From: Mobula hypostoma
Taxonomy: Eukaryota
Direction: 5' to 3'
Assembly (NCBI RefSeq): GCF_963921235.1
Contig: NC_086108.1
Coordinates: forward strand, 49,168,001-49,232,000
Length of the DNA: 64,000 nt
Shown here: positions 11,545 through 24,118 of the stretch, piece after piece
Position numbering within the stretch: the first letter of the stretch is position 1
Layout: the number at the start of each line of letters is the position of its first letter
Translations under genes and position numbers: made by a program
Notes under the pieces: model-generated
What the model was told of the DNA's origin: nothing
Databases searched by the model: none
What the model saw: the letters and a program-made list of their open reading frames with translations, nothing else

Positions 11545-12362
11545 GGTTTATGGTGATGGCAAGGAGGACTACCATGGCCTGCAGCAGGATCTGGACCAGC
11601 TGGAAAAATGGGCTGAAAAATGCAGATGAAATTTAATGCAGACAAGCACAAGGTCTTGCACTTCAGTAGGACAAATTTGTTTAGAACTTGAGTATAGAAG
11701 AACAAAGAGATCTGGGAATATAGATCCATAATTCCTAGAAAGTGACGTTAGGTGGATAGGATCATAAATGGAGCTTCTGGCCCATTTGCCTTTAAAAAGA
11801 GTATTGAGAACTGCAGTTGGGAAGTTATGTTGAAGTTGGGTAAGATGTTGGTGACGACAAGTTTGGAGAATTGTTAGCACTTGTGGTCACCTCCCTATAG
11901 GAAAGATGTAAGTAAGGTTGAAAGTGTACAGAGAAAATTTACAAGGATGTTGCTGGGTCTGGAGGACCTGTGTTATAAGGAAAGATTGAATAGGTTGGGG
12001 CTGTGTTTCTTGGAACATAGAAGATTGAGAAGAGATTCGATAGAGATACAAAATTGAGGGTATAGATAGGGTAAATGCATGCAGGCTTTTTCCACAGAGG
12101 TTGGGTCTAGACATCATGGGTTAAGGGTGAAACATGAAAAGTTTAAGGAGTACATGAGGTGAAACTTCTTCACTCAGAGGGTAGTGAGAGCGTGGAACGA
12201 GCTGCCAGCGCAAGAGGTGCATACAAGGTCGATTACAAACAAGTTTGGATAGGTACATGGATGATAGGGGCATGGAAGGCTATAGTCAGAGTGCAGCTCA
12301 ATGAGAGTAGGCAGTTTAAATGGTTCAACACAAACTATACTGTGCTTTTCAATGACTCTATA
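11545..12362 (+). mobile_element. CR1 LINE 3' fragment (decayed)
   Basis: LQQDLDQL..MKFNADK.KVLHF and WSP.YRKDV..VQRKFTRML motifs with stops and indels. Confidence 0.8.
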
Positions 12363-12441
12363 ATAAATTTACTTTGACTTTGATGTAGTGACCACAGTTA
12401 TGCCAGAAGTGAAATACCTTATAAATAGGTGGCACAGTAGA

Positions 12442-15400
12442 AACATAGGAACATAGAAAACCTACAGCACAATACAGACCCTTTGGCCCACAAAGCTGTG
12501 CCGAACATGTCCTTACCTTAGAAATTACCTCGGGTTACCCATAGCCCTCCATTTTTCTAAGCTCCATATACCTATCCAGGAGTCTCTTAAAAGACACTAT
12601 CATTTCCGCCTCCACCACTGTTGTTGGCAGCCCATTCCACGCACTCACCACCCTCTGCGTAAAAAAACTTACCCCTGACATCCCCTCTGTACCTACTTCC
12701 AAGCACCTTAAAACTGCGCCCTCTCATGTTAGCCATTTCAGCCCTGGGGAAAAGCCTCTGACTATCCACATGATCAATACCTCTCATCATTTTGAATACC
12801 TCTATCAGGTTACTTCTCATCCTCCATCACTCCAAGGAGAAAAGATCAAGTTCACTCAACCTATTCTCATAAGGCATGCTCCCCAAACCAGGCAACGTCA
12901 TTGTAAATCTCCTCTGCACCCTTTCTATGGTTTCCACATCCTTCCTGCAGTGAGGCGACCAGAACTGAGCACAGTACTCCAAGTGGGGTCTGACCAGGGC
13001 CCTATATAGCTGCAACATTACCCCTTGGCTCTTAAACTCAGTCCAATTATTGATGTAGGCCAATGCACCGTATGCTTTCTTAACCTGTGGCAGCAGCTTT
13101 GAGTGTTCTGTGGACTTGGACCCCAAGATCCCACTGATCCTCCACACTGCCAAGAGTCTTACCGTTAATACTATATTTTGCCATCATATTTGAGCTACCA
13201 AAATGAACCACCTCACACTTATCTGGGTTGAACTCCATCTGTCACTTCTCAGCCTCATTTTGCATCCGATCAATGTCCCACTGTAACCTCTGACAGCCCT
13301 CCACACTATCCACAACACCTCCAACCTTTGTGTCATCAGCAAATTTACTAACCCATCCCTCCCCTTCCTCATCCAGGTCATTAATAAAAACCACGAAGAG
13401 TAGAGGTCCCAGAACAGGCACACCACTGGTCACCAACCTCCATGAAGAACATGACCCGTCTACAACTACTCTTTGCCTTCTGTGGGCAAGCCAATTCTGG
13501 ATCCACAAATCAATGTCCCCTTGGATCCCGTGCCTCCTTACTTTCTCAATAAGCCTTGCATGAGGTACCTTATCAAATGCCTTGCTAAAATCCATATACA
13601 CTACATCTACTGCTCTACCTTCTTCAATGTGTTTAGTCACATCCTCGAAAAATTCAATCAGACTCATAAGGTATGATCTGCCTTTGACAAAGCCATGCTG
13701 ACTATTCCTAATCATATTATACCTCTCCAAATGTTCATAAATCCTGCCTCTCAGGATCTTCTCCATCAATTTACCAACCACTGAAGTAAGACTTACTAGT
13801 CTATAATTTCCTGGGCTATCTCTACACCCTTTCTTGAATAAGGGAACAACGTCCACAATCTGCCAGTCTTCCGGAACCTCTCCCATTCCCATTGATGATG
13901 CAAAGATCATCGCCAGAGGCTCAGCAATCTCCTCCCTCGCCTCCCACAGTAGCCTAAGGCACAGGCGTCCCCCGCTTTTCGAACGTTCGCTTTACGAAAC
14001 CACACTGTTACGAAAGACCTACATTAGTACCCTGTTTTTGCTTTCAGAAGGTGTTTTCACTGTTATGAAAAAAGCAGCGCGCAAAAAAATCAGCGAACGC
14101 CCCAAGCAGCCGCTCTCCTCGGATTCGGAACTGCATTCTCGCCGGCATCGCTTAAGCATGTGCCTGTGAGCAATCGTTTGCAAGATGAGTTCTATGGTAT
14201 CGGAAAAGCCTGAAAGAGCTCATAAAGGTGTTACACTTTGCGTAAAACTAGACGTAATTAAGCGTTTCGATCGTGGTGAACGAAGTAAGGACAAAGTGAG
14301 TTTGGCTTATGGAAGCTGACGAACATGATGTTGAAGAGGTTTTGGCATCCCATGACCAACATCTGATAGATGAAGAGCTGATGCAATTGGAAGAAAAAAG
14401 GATAACAATGGAAACCGAATGAGTAATGATAAAGTATGACTTTAATTTTGAAAGAGTACATAGGTTTAGGGGATATTTGCAGGATGGTTTGAGTGCTTAC
14501 AAAGAACTGTATGATAGAAAAATGCGCGAGGCTCAGCAGTCAAGCAAGCCTTCCACATCAGCCACAGCAGACGACGAACCTCGACCTTCGACATCGAGGC
14601 GGGCGGATGGAAGATGACCTGCCTGCCCTAATGGGAACAGACGATGATGAGATGACACCCCAGTGTCCCACCACCCCATCATCCAGGCCATGGACAGATA
14701 CTGATTCGCGGAGTAAGCAACAGTAGCCGGGAGGCACACAGCACATCTTTGAGAAAAAAGCCAAAATAAACATGCTAATTAATGAGGTGCCGCCGACACG
14801 TAATTGTCGGCCCAGATCAGAGATGATGCAATCGGAAATCGGCACTGATCTAGGCCGACAATTACATGCCGGGCGGCACCTAATTAATTGGCATGTTTGT
14901 TTCAGCTTTTTTCTTAAAGATGTGCTGTGTGCCTCCCGGCTACCGCTGGACCCCTGCGTGCTTCGCGGCAGCCTGGAGGGTGGGGGCCACTGCACCACCC
15001 AAACTCCGACTCAGCCTAACACACCATCATCAGTGTGCTTGGCGCGGTCTTCCCAATTCCGATAAGTGATACTACACTGTACATAGATTATTTCTACTTT
15101 ATATAGGCTGTGTATTTTTATGTGTTATTTGGTATGATTTGGCAGCTTCATAGCTTAAAGGTTACTGGAGAGCACTTGCGCCGTGTTTTTGCTAACAGCG
15201 CTTGCGTGAGATTCTCACTATGGAGAACAGTGCAGTAATGATTGTGGAAAAGTATTTCTACTTTATATAGGCTGTGTATTTATCATATCATTCCTGCTTT
15301 TACTATATGTTACTGTTATTTTAGGTTTTATGTGTTATTTTGTATGATTTAGTAGGTTATTTTTGGGTCTGCGAAAGCTCACAAAATTTTCCCATATAAA

Positions 15401-15839
15401 TGGTAATTAATTCTTCGCTTTACGACATTTCGGCTTACGAACCGTTTCATAGGAACGCCCTACCTTCGGATGGCGGGGGAAACCTGTACATCTTATCCAG
15501 TCCCAGTGACTTATCCAACTTGATGCTTTCCAAAATCTCCAGCATATCCTCTTCCTTAATATCTACATGCTCAAGCTTTTCAGTCCACTGTAAGCCATCC
15601 CTACAACTGCCATGATCCTTTTCCATAGTGAATACTGAAGCAAAGTACACATTAAGTACCTCTGCTACCTACTCCGGTTTCATGCACTCTTTTCCACTGT
15701 CACACTTGATTGGTCCTATTCTCTCACGTCTTATCCTCTTGCTCTTCACAGACTTGTGGAATGCCTTGGGGTTTTCCTTAATCCTGTCCACCAAGGCCTT
15801 CTCGTGGCCCCTTCTGGTTCTCCTAATTTCATTCTTAAA
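12442..15839 (-). mobile_element. 5'-truncated CR1 LINE (RT region) interrupted by a Tigger-like transposon
   Basis: ORFs 13242-13910 (PGNYRLVSLTSV..QHGF..YMDFSKAFDKVPH..FADD), 12827-13153 and 12587-12820. CR1 sequence resumes at 15489. Candidate TSD AGTAGA at 12436-12441 and 15840-15845. Confidence 0.92.
13962..15486 (+). mobile_element. Internally deleted Tigger/pogo-like DNA transposon (1525 bp)
   Basis: Imperfect TIRs CAGGcgTCCCCCGC.. / ..GCGGGGGAaaCCTG with flanks CA and TA (TA target). Remnants of an N-terminal CENP-B/psq-like HTH (GVTLCVKLDVIKRFDRGE), an acidic region and a Tigger-like C-terminus (DFNFERV..AYKELYDRK). No DDD domain seen. Confidence 0.85.
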
Positions 15840-16324
15840 AGTAGATGAAGCTCAGGAACATTATTACATCTATCTATACCAATAAGGGAAATATATAAGT
15901 ATTCCTTCTGGGCTCATTTGCTGATATTGAGATTATTCTATGAAGGAAGACTGAATTATCACTGCATAAACTTGCTGCTATTTAGAAGAACGAGATGGTA
16001 CATTGAGATATTCTAGATTTTTCAAAGGATTAACAATGTGCAGTGCTAAAAGAAAATTTCCTCAAATTGGAGAATCCACAACTAGAAGGGATAGCCTGAG
16101 GATTTAGGACTGAGATAAGGTTGGGAATTTTGGGATATCCTACTTCAGTTGTTGAGTATGTTGAAAGGTGGGATTAAAATTGAAAGATCTTGGGACACTC
16201 AAGGTATCAAATGATTTACAATTTGGACTTCTGTATATTTGAAGTACAATATCAGCCATCATTTTTTTGAATGATCTTTGAATATACTTTGATAGCTATT
16301 ATGATGCAAAAGAACATATTTCAT

Positions 16325-16972
16325 AGATAGATAGAGTGTTACATAGAAAATAGGTGCAGGAGTAGGCCATTCGGCCCTTCGAGCCTGCACCGCCATTCAG
16401 TATGATCATGGCTGATCATCCAACTCAGAACCCTGCACCAGCCTTCCCTCCATACCCCCTGATCCCTTTAGCCACAAGGGCCATATCTAACTCCCTCTTA
16501 AATATAGCCAATGAACTGGCCTCAACTGTTTCCTGTGGCAGAGAATTCCACAGATTCACCACTCTCTGTGTGAAGAAGTTTTTCCTAATCTCGGTCCTAA
16601 AAGGCTTCCCCTTTATCCTCAAACTGTGACCCCTCGTTCTGGACTTCCCCAACATCGGGAACAATCTTCCTGCATCGAGCCTGTCCAATCCCTTTAGGAT
16701 TTTATACGTTTCAATCCGATCCCCCCTCAATCTTCTAAATTCCAACGAGTATAAGCCTAGTTCATCCAGTCTTTCATCATATGAAAGTCCTGCCATCCCA
16801 GGAATCAATCTGGTGAACCGTCTTTGTACTCCCTCTATGGCAAGGATGTGTTTCCTCAGATTAGGGGACCAAAACTGCACACAATACTCCAGGTGTGGTC
16901 TCACCAAGGCCTTGTACAACTGCAGTAGTACCTCCCTGCTCCTGTACTCGAATCCTCTTGCTATAAATGCCA
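16325..16972 (-). mobile_element. Young 5'-truncated CR1 LINE
   Basis: Uninterrupted ORF2 C-terminus (LAFIARGFEYRSREVLLQLYKALVRPHLEYCVQFWSP...GAGF*), 3'UTR and CTAT-type tail. Candidate TSD ATTTCAT at 16318-16324 and 16973-16979. Confidence 0.92.
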
Positions 16973-17869
16973 ATTTCATGAGGAATTGCAGACACTTCTG
17001 TATTTCTGATTTTCCCATACAAGGAACTAGGTTGATAGTGTTTACAGTAATTTAAAACATAAAAAATGGGAGTAAACATTATTTCTTTTGTCTTGTAAAC
17101 TGGATTTAAACCAGGTTTGAGATGTGAATAAATATTGTTAACCACAAACCACCAGGCTTTCTTTTCTCCCTTTTTCTGTTGACACCAGCAGTCTCTATGA
17201 GATCCTAAATATTGAGAATTAGCGGGCTATTTAACTAACAGAGGATTCCTGCTGAGACTTGTCATTACCAACTAATCATACACACAGACACTTCACTATT
17301 AGATTAGTCCCAATGCCTTGATGAAATGTTGACTTTCAGCTGTTTTAAGTGTTTTAACTCATTGATGAGATTAATGTCATTAGACAAAAGACTTTCCAGT
17401 CTTGCTTTTGTTCAGAGGTTAGTTCCTTTTGTACTTTGTTAGAAGCCCTTTTATTTTCTTATACACCATGCAGGCTTAGGTCTATGATACATTATCTGAA
17501 GTTGTATGTGGTATGATCCCACCAGCTATCCTTTATCTGCACTAAGGATATCTGTGTGTGTGCCTTAAAGAAGTAAATATACCCTCTCTGCGACTGGAAT
17601 CTAGCTGGTTTACTAATTTTCCATAACCATATTGCTATAATTTTAGCTATGAATGTTATAGCTGCCTTTTTAAATGGTATGGGGGGAGGAAAGGGCAGAT
17701 GTGGCGGGCAAAGAATCATAAAAGCTTGTTTCAGCTGATGGTTAATAATACCCTGTGCAGAAAGATGTACTGTAATGACATTGAATGATGATGGAAAAGC
17801 GTTTAGATCTTGTATATCCATGCACAGTAGTCTGGCCTGCACTCTGCTGGCTTACACAAGAATAGTCAC

Positions 17870-18191
17870 AAACAAAAGAAAATCTGCAGATGCTGGAAAT
17901 CCAAGCAACACACACAGAATGCTGAAGGAACTCAGCAGGGCAAGCAGCATCTATCGAGAAAAGTACAGTCGACGTTTTGGGCCGAGACCCTTTAGTAGTA
18001 CTGGAGAAAAAAAGATGAGTAGATTTAAAAGGTGGGGGAGGGGAGAGATGCACACAAGGTAACCTTTTAAATCTACTCCTCATCTTTTTTTCTCCAGTCC
18101 TGCTGAAGGGTCACAGCCTGAAATATCGTTTGTACTTTTTTCCATAGATGGTGCCTGGCTTGCTGAGTTCCTCCAGCATTTTGTGTGTGTT
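17870..18191. mobile_element. Short Penelope-like element made of inverted termini, with hammerhead-like motifs
   Basis: Inverted arms ~17907-18033 and ~18062-18191, a 37-nt one-sided extension (17870-17906), and a perfect 14-bp flanking duplication ACAAGAATAGTCAC (17856-17869, 18192-18205). Penelope assignment is inferred from architecture. Confidence 0.75.
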
Positions 18192-18464
18192 ACAAGAATA
18201 GTCACTTGGGTAAAATACTAGAAACCTATTCATTCCAAAGAACTGTACCTCTGCGGGAAAGAAAAACAGAGACTTGAAGTAAATTAGTAAAACTATTTCT
18301 GTGCCTTGTGATGTTGGGTGTTAATGTTTCATTATCCAGTGCTGTTATAGTGCAGTTTCTCTTGATATATCATTATGTAACCAAATATGAACATCATTAA
18401 AAAGTCTTTTGCTTACTTATCAGTAATGCAAAGATTTAACTCATAGATGGCAAAACATTTAACT

Positions 18465-18712
18465 CCACCAGGGATGGTCCCAAGTCCAGCTACAAAAGGA
18501 GGAGGGTTGGGCATGGAGATAGTAACCCCTTAAAAACCCAGAGCAACAGAAACACCAAAAGAAGCTCCAAAGACCTCATCCCTGGCAGGGGAAGGATCTT
18601 CAAAGTCTATACTTGGGATAACTTGAAGGACTGGCCCAGAACAGAGGACTCTGAGGAGCTGCTGCTGGCGGTCTATGCCCAATAGGGATGATGGGCTCAA
18701 GAAGACTAAGAA
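18465..18712 (+). mobile_element. Short RTE-derived non-autonomous element
   Basis: RTE 5'UTR-like motif (ggagggttgggcatggagatagtaacccc) joined to an RTE 3'-end-like segment (gcccagaacagaggactctg..gctgctg..ctatgcccaatagggatgatgggctc) with an AAG-rich tail. Confidence 0.5.
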
Positions 18713-19446
18713 GCAAGACTTTTACTTTAATTATTATATTCCCTAGATTATGTGAATCGATTATGAGATTATGTACGACACTATAAAAGAGTATCAGTAT
18801 GCTTGCTAGGTACCATTTACTATTTTACTAACGTGTATGGGCAAGTCTGGGTATATAAAGTATGTAGCTTGACTTTTATCCTGTATGCACGTGTGTAGGT
18901 ATTTGTACTGGAGCTGATTTCTTTGAAAGTGGTAAATATAGCTTAGACTGAATGAACTAACAAATTTCATGGACTATGGGGCTAATATTGACAATGTGAC
19001 TTACATGTCAATTGTAAGTTAAATAACTTTACCAATGGGAAGAAATAAAGAAATATGCTGCAGTGTGCTAATCTGGAGCATTGCCACATCTAAAAGAAAA
19101 GGTAAAAACCTGAAGCATTAACTGCTTTCCTCTCTATGAATGCTGTCTGAGTTTCTAGGTACTTACTATATTTTCTCATTATATTTTAAGCAGTGATCAG
19201 TTCAGTTGTTCCTAATTTACCAAAAAGTTATCCTAAATAAATTCATTTATATTTTCACCATCATGCAACATGTTGCAGGTACAATAGCTGCCAAATTTCA
19301 CAAGCACAGCATTACCAATACAGAAATAATATATTGTGGATGCTGTAAAGAAATCAAAATATGCTGGAAATACATTGCAAATTAAGCATACGTTTTGGAG
19401 AGAAAAGTGGAATTAACTTTTCAGGTTGATGAACTTTCACTGGTCA

Positions 19447-22400
19447 GAGTCATAGAAGTTATAGAACACTACAGCACAGAAACAGGCCCTTTGGCCCATC
19501 TAGTCTGGGCCGAACTATTAATTTGTCTTGTCCCATTGACCTGCACCCAGACGTAGCCCTCCATATCCTTCCTATCTATGAGCCTATTCAAATTTTTCTT
19601 AAATGTTGAAATAAACCCCACATCCACCACTTGTGGTGGCAGCTTGTTCCACACTCCCGCCATACACAGAGTGAAGAAGTTCTCCTTCATATTCCCCTAA
19701 AACATTTCACCTTTCATGCTTAACCCATGACCTCTAATTGTTGTCTCACCTAACCTCAATAGAAAAAGTCTGCTTGCATTTATCCCATCTATACTCCTCA
19801 TCTTTTTCTATATCTCTGTCAGGTCTCTCGTTAGTCTTCTATGTTTTAGGGAATAACCTCCTAACCTACTCAAGCTTTCCCTGGAACTCAGGTTCTCAAT
19901 TCCCAGCAACATCCTTGTAAATTCTCTCTGCACTCTTTCAATCCTGTTTACTGTACATCTTTCCTGTAGGTGGATGACCAAAATGCCACACAATACTCCA
20001 AATTAGGCCTCACCAGCATCCTATACAATGTCAATGTAATATCCCAACTCCTGTACTTAATACATTGATTTATGAAGACGGATGTGCCAAAAGCTTTCTT
20101 TATGACCTTATCTACCTGTGGTGCACTATTGAGGAATTATGGATCTGTATATCCAGATTCCTCTGTTCTCTTTCAGTCCTTAGTGGCCTACCATTCACAA
20201 TGTGACCCCCCTGGCTGGTCCTCCCAACTTTTGTTTGCACTAAATTCCATCTACTTTTATATGTGTTGCTTGAAATTCCAGCATCTGCAGATTTCCTCGT
20301 GTTTACCATTTTCTCAGCTGGTCCAGATCCCACTGCAAGTTTTGATAGTCTTCTTTGCTGTCCACTACACTCCCAATCTTATTGTCATCTGTATATTTGC
20401 TGGTTCACCTTACCACACTATCATGAGGGTTGCTGATATAGATAACAAACAACAATAGACCCAGCCTCAATCCCTGTGATACACCACTAGTCACAGGCCT
20501 CCAGTCAGAGAGGCAACCATCTACTATCAATCCCTGGCTTCTCCCGCAAAGCCAATGTCCAATCCGATTTATAATCTCATCATGAATGCCAAATGACTGA
20601 ACCTTCTTGAACAACCTCCCAAAGTTGCCAAAGTCCATGTAGATAACATCCACTGCCTTGCCTTCATCAACTTTCCTGGTAAATTCCTCAAAAAAACTCA
20701 TCAGTTTGGTTAGACACAACCTACCACGCACAAAGCCATGCTGACAATCCCTAATCAGTCCCTGTCTATCCAAATATTTATATATTCGGTCACTTAGAAT
20801 ACCTTCCAATAATTTTCCTACTACAGATGTTAGGCTCACTCGACAGCCTATAATTTCCTGTTTTATTCTTAGACCCTTTCTTAAATGATGGAACAACATT
20901 AACCAATCCTCCGGTACCTCACCACGGTCAACAATGTTTTAAGTATTTTTTCTAGGGCCTCTGCAGTTTCTGCTCTAGCCTCCCACTAGCTCTGCATAAG
21001 GGTCCGAGGGAACACCTTGTCAGGCCCTGGGGATCTATCCACTCTAGTTTGCCTCAAGACAGCAAACACTTCCTCCTCTGTAATCTGTATGGGGTTCATG
21101 ACCTCGCTGTTGCTTATAGGCTATAGACTCCTATAACTCTATGTTCCTATAGACTCCTATAGACTCTATGTTCATCTCCTGAGTAAATACAGATGCAAAA
21201 ATCCACTTAAGATCTGACCCATCTCTTTCAGCTCCATGCATAGACTACCTCTCTGATCTTTCAGAGGACCAATTATATCGCTTGCTATCCTCTTACTCTT
21301 AATATATCTCTAAAACCCCTTAGGTTTCTCCTTCACCTTATCTGCTAGAGCAACCACATGCGTTCAATTAGCTCTCCTGATTTCCTTTAAGTGTTCTCTT
21401 GCATTTCGTATACTTCTCAAGTACCTCATTTGTTCTTACCTACTGATAACTACTATGCACCTCCTTATTTTCCTAACCAGGGCCTCAATATTCCTTGAAA
21501 ACCAAGGTTCTCTAAACCTGTTATCCTTGTCTTTTATTCTGAGAGGAAGGTGAAAACTCTGTGCTCTCAAAATTTCACTTTTGAAGGCATCCCACTTACC
21601 AAGTACACCTTTGTCAGAAAACAACCTGTCCCAATCCACACTTGTCAGACCCTCTCTGATGCCATCAGAATTAGCTTTTTTCCAAATTAAAATCTCAACC
21701 CAAGGACCCGATCTATACTTTGCCATAATATCCACAGACCTAATGGCAGGATGATCACTAGATAAAAAGTGTTCCCCTAGGAGGAGGGCCTACACAAACC
21801 CCTGTCACTTGCCCTGCCTCATTCCCTAATAGGAGATCTAATATCACACTCTCTCTAGTTGAGACTTCTATATACTAATTAAGGAAACTTACCCTAAAAT
21901 ACGAGGGGTGATTGATAAGTTCGTGGCCTAAGGTAGAAGGAGTCAATTTTAGAAAACCTAGCACATTTATTTTTCCTACACTTATACACTTAGTCCAGCG
22001 GTCATGGAGCATACGGATCCCCTCTTTGTAGAAGTGGTCCGCAGCAGGGGTGATTGATAAGTTTGTGGCCTAAGGTAGAAGAAGGTGGGTTGTTAACTTC
22101 AAACTTCCTGCATTTTCACTCAAAGAGTTGGACTGCACGTGCATGTAATGAGAGTTGTATAACTCATCTCCTTCTATCTTAGGCCAGGAACTTATCAATT
22201 ACTCCTGCTGTGGACCACTTCTACAAAGAAGGGATCCGTATGCTCCACGACCACTGGATTAAGTGTGTACATGTAGGAGGGGACTATGTTGATAAATAAG
22301 TGTGCGAGTGTGCTAGGTTTTCTAAAATTGACTCCTTCTCCCTTAGGCCATGAACTTATTAATCACCCCTCGCATTTGACAAACTCTTTCCCATCCAGCC

Positions 22401-23960
22401 CTTTTACAGTATGGAAGTTAGTCCCAGTCAATACTTGGAAAGTTAAAATCACCTACTATCACAACCTTATGTTTCTTCCAGCAGTCTGTGATCTCTCTAC
22501 AAACTTGCTCCACTAAAACCCATTACCTATTGGATGGTCCATAATATAATCCCAATAAGGTGGTCATACTTTTCTTATTCCTCAGTTCTACCCATAAAGC
22601 CTCACTAGATGAAATCTTCACTCTGTCCTGACTGAGGACTGCTGCGATATTAACTCTGACATTTACCCTCCCCCTTCAGCCCCTCCAGCTCTGTCACACC
22701 TAAGACAACAGAACTCCGGAATATTGAGCTGCCAGTCCTGCCCCTCCTGCAACTAAGTGTCGCTAACGGCTACAATGTCATAATTCCATGTGCTGATCTA
22801 TACTCTAGGTTCACCTGTCTTTCCTACAATACTCCTTGCATTGAAATATAAGCAGCTCAGAACATTAGTCCCACCATGCTCAACCTTTTGATTCCTGACT
22901 TTGTTTGTAGGTTTAACAGCATCTTTCTCCATAACCACTCCACTATTTGCTCTGGCGCTCTGGTTCCCATACCCTGCAAATTTAGTTTAATTCTAATTCC
23001 CCCAGTGCAGCACTAGTGAACCCCTCTCACTACAATATTAGTCCCCCTTCAGTTCATGTGTAAACAGTCCCTTCTGTACAGATCTCCCCTTTCCTGGAAG
23101 AGAGACCAATGATTCAAAAATCTGAAGCCCTTCCTCCTGCGCCATCATCTTAGCTATGTGTTAAACTGTATGATCTTTCTGTTTCTGGCCTCACTGACAC
23201 ATGGCACTGGTAGCAATCCTGAGATCACCTCCCTGGAGGTCTTGTCCTTTAACTTAACACCTAACTCTCTGAACTCACGTTTTAGGACCTTGTCACTTCT
23301 CCTACCCATGTCATTGGTACCGACATGGACTGTGACCTCTGGTTGTTCACCCTCTCAATTAAGAATGCTGTGGACTCCATCCAAGATGTCCCTGACCCTG
23401 GCACCCAGGAGGTAACAAACCATCCAGGAATCTCGTTTTCGTCCACAGAACCTCCTTTCTGTACCCCTAACCAATGAATCCCCTATCGCTGCAACTCGTC
23501 TCTTCTCCCTCTTCCCTCTTCCATTCTGAGCGCCTGGCCGTCTATCCCTCTTCCCCATCATGATAGTCTCCCAGTTACCTGCGTCCTGCACCTTGGTTGT
23601 ATCTACCTCCCTGTATATTCTGTCTATCAATCCCTCCGGCACCTGAATGATCCACAGTTCATCCAGTTCCAGCTCCAACTTCTTAACATGGTCTGTTAGA
23701 AGCTGCAGCTGGATACACTTCTTGCAGGTGTAGTCGACAGGAGCTCTGTAGATCTCCCTGCCTTCCCATATCTTATAAGCGGAGCATTCCACTATCCTAA
23801 ATGGCATCCCCCCCTGCTCCAAATGTACAATAAGAAAGAATAAATAACAAAAAAGTCTACCTATGGCCTATGCCTTACCTTGCCGAAGCCTCGATGAGCC
23901 AAAGTCTCAACTCCCCACTCTAACATAGGCTTACTCACGCAATAGTTGCTCCACTTAAAC
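19447..23960 (-). mobile_element. Near full-length decayed CR1 LINE (ORF1 and ORF2)
   Basis: ORF1 remnant 23355-23822 (C..C/C..C zinc finger, leucine-zipper-like LQLL..VKKLELELDELW, esterase-like AIGDSLVRG), ORF2 remnants 21436-21735, 20405-20899 and 19808-19993, and a 3' tail at ~19447. 5' end approximate. Confidence 0.88.
21902..22372. mobile_element. Mariner-type foldback MITE (471 bp) inserted in the CR1
   Basis: Termini CGAGGGGTGATTGATAAGTTCGTGGCCTAAGG.. and its reverse complement, TA/CA flanks, ~190-bp inverted arms, no transposase. Confidence 0.85.
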
Positions 23961-24118
23961 CTAACTTCTTTTTATTGGAATGTGCTTAATTTTGTGCAGT
24001 CCTGTGTTTCCTCGGGAACTGTGGCACACAAAGTGTATTTGATTGTCCCTGCTTGCTTCTTTTAAACATTCTCTTCCTCTATGCAATCCAATGTATCCAT
24101 GGCAAGTGTGCTGACGGC

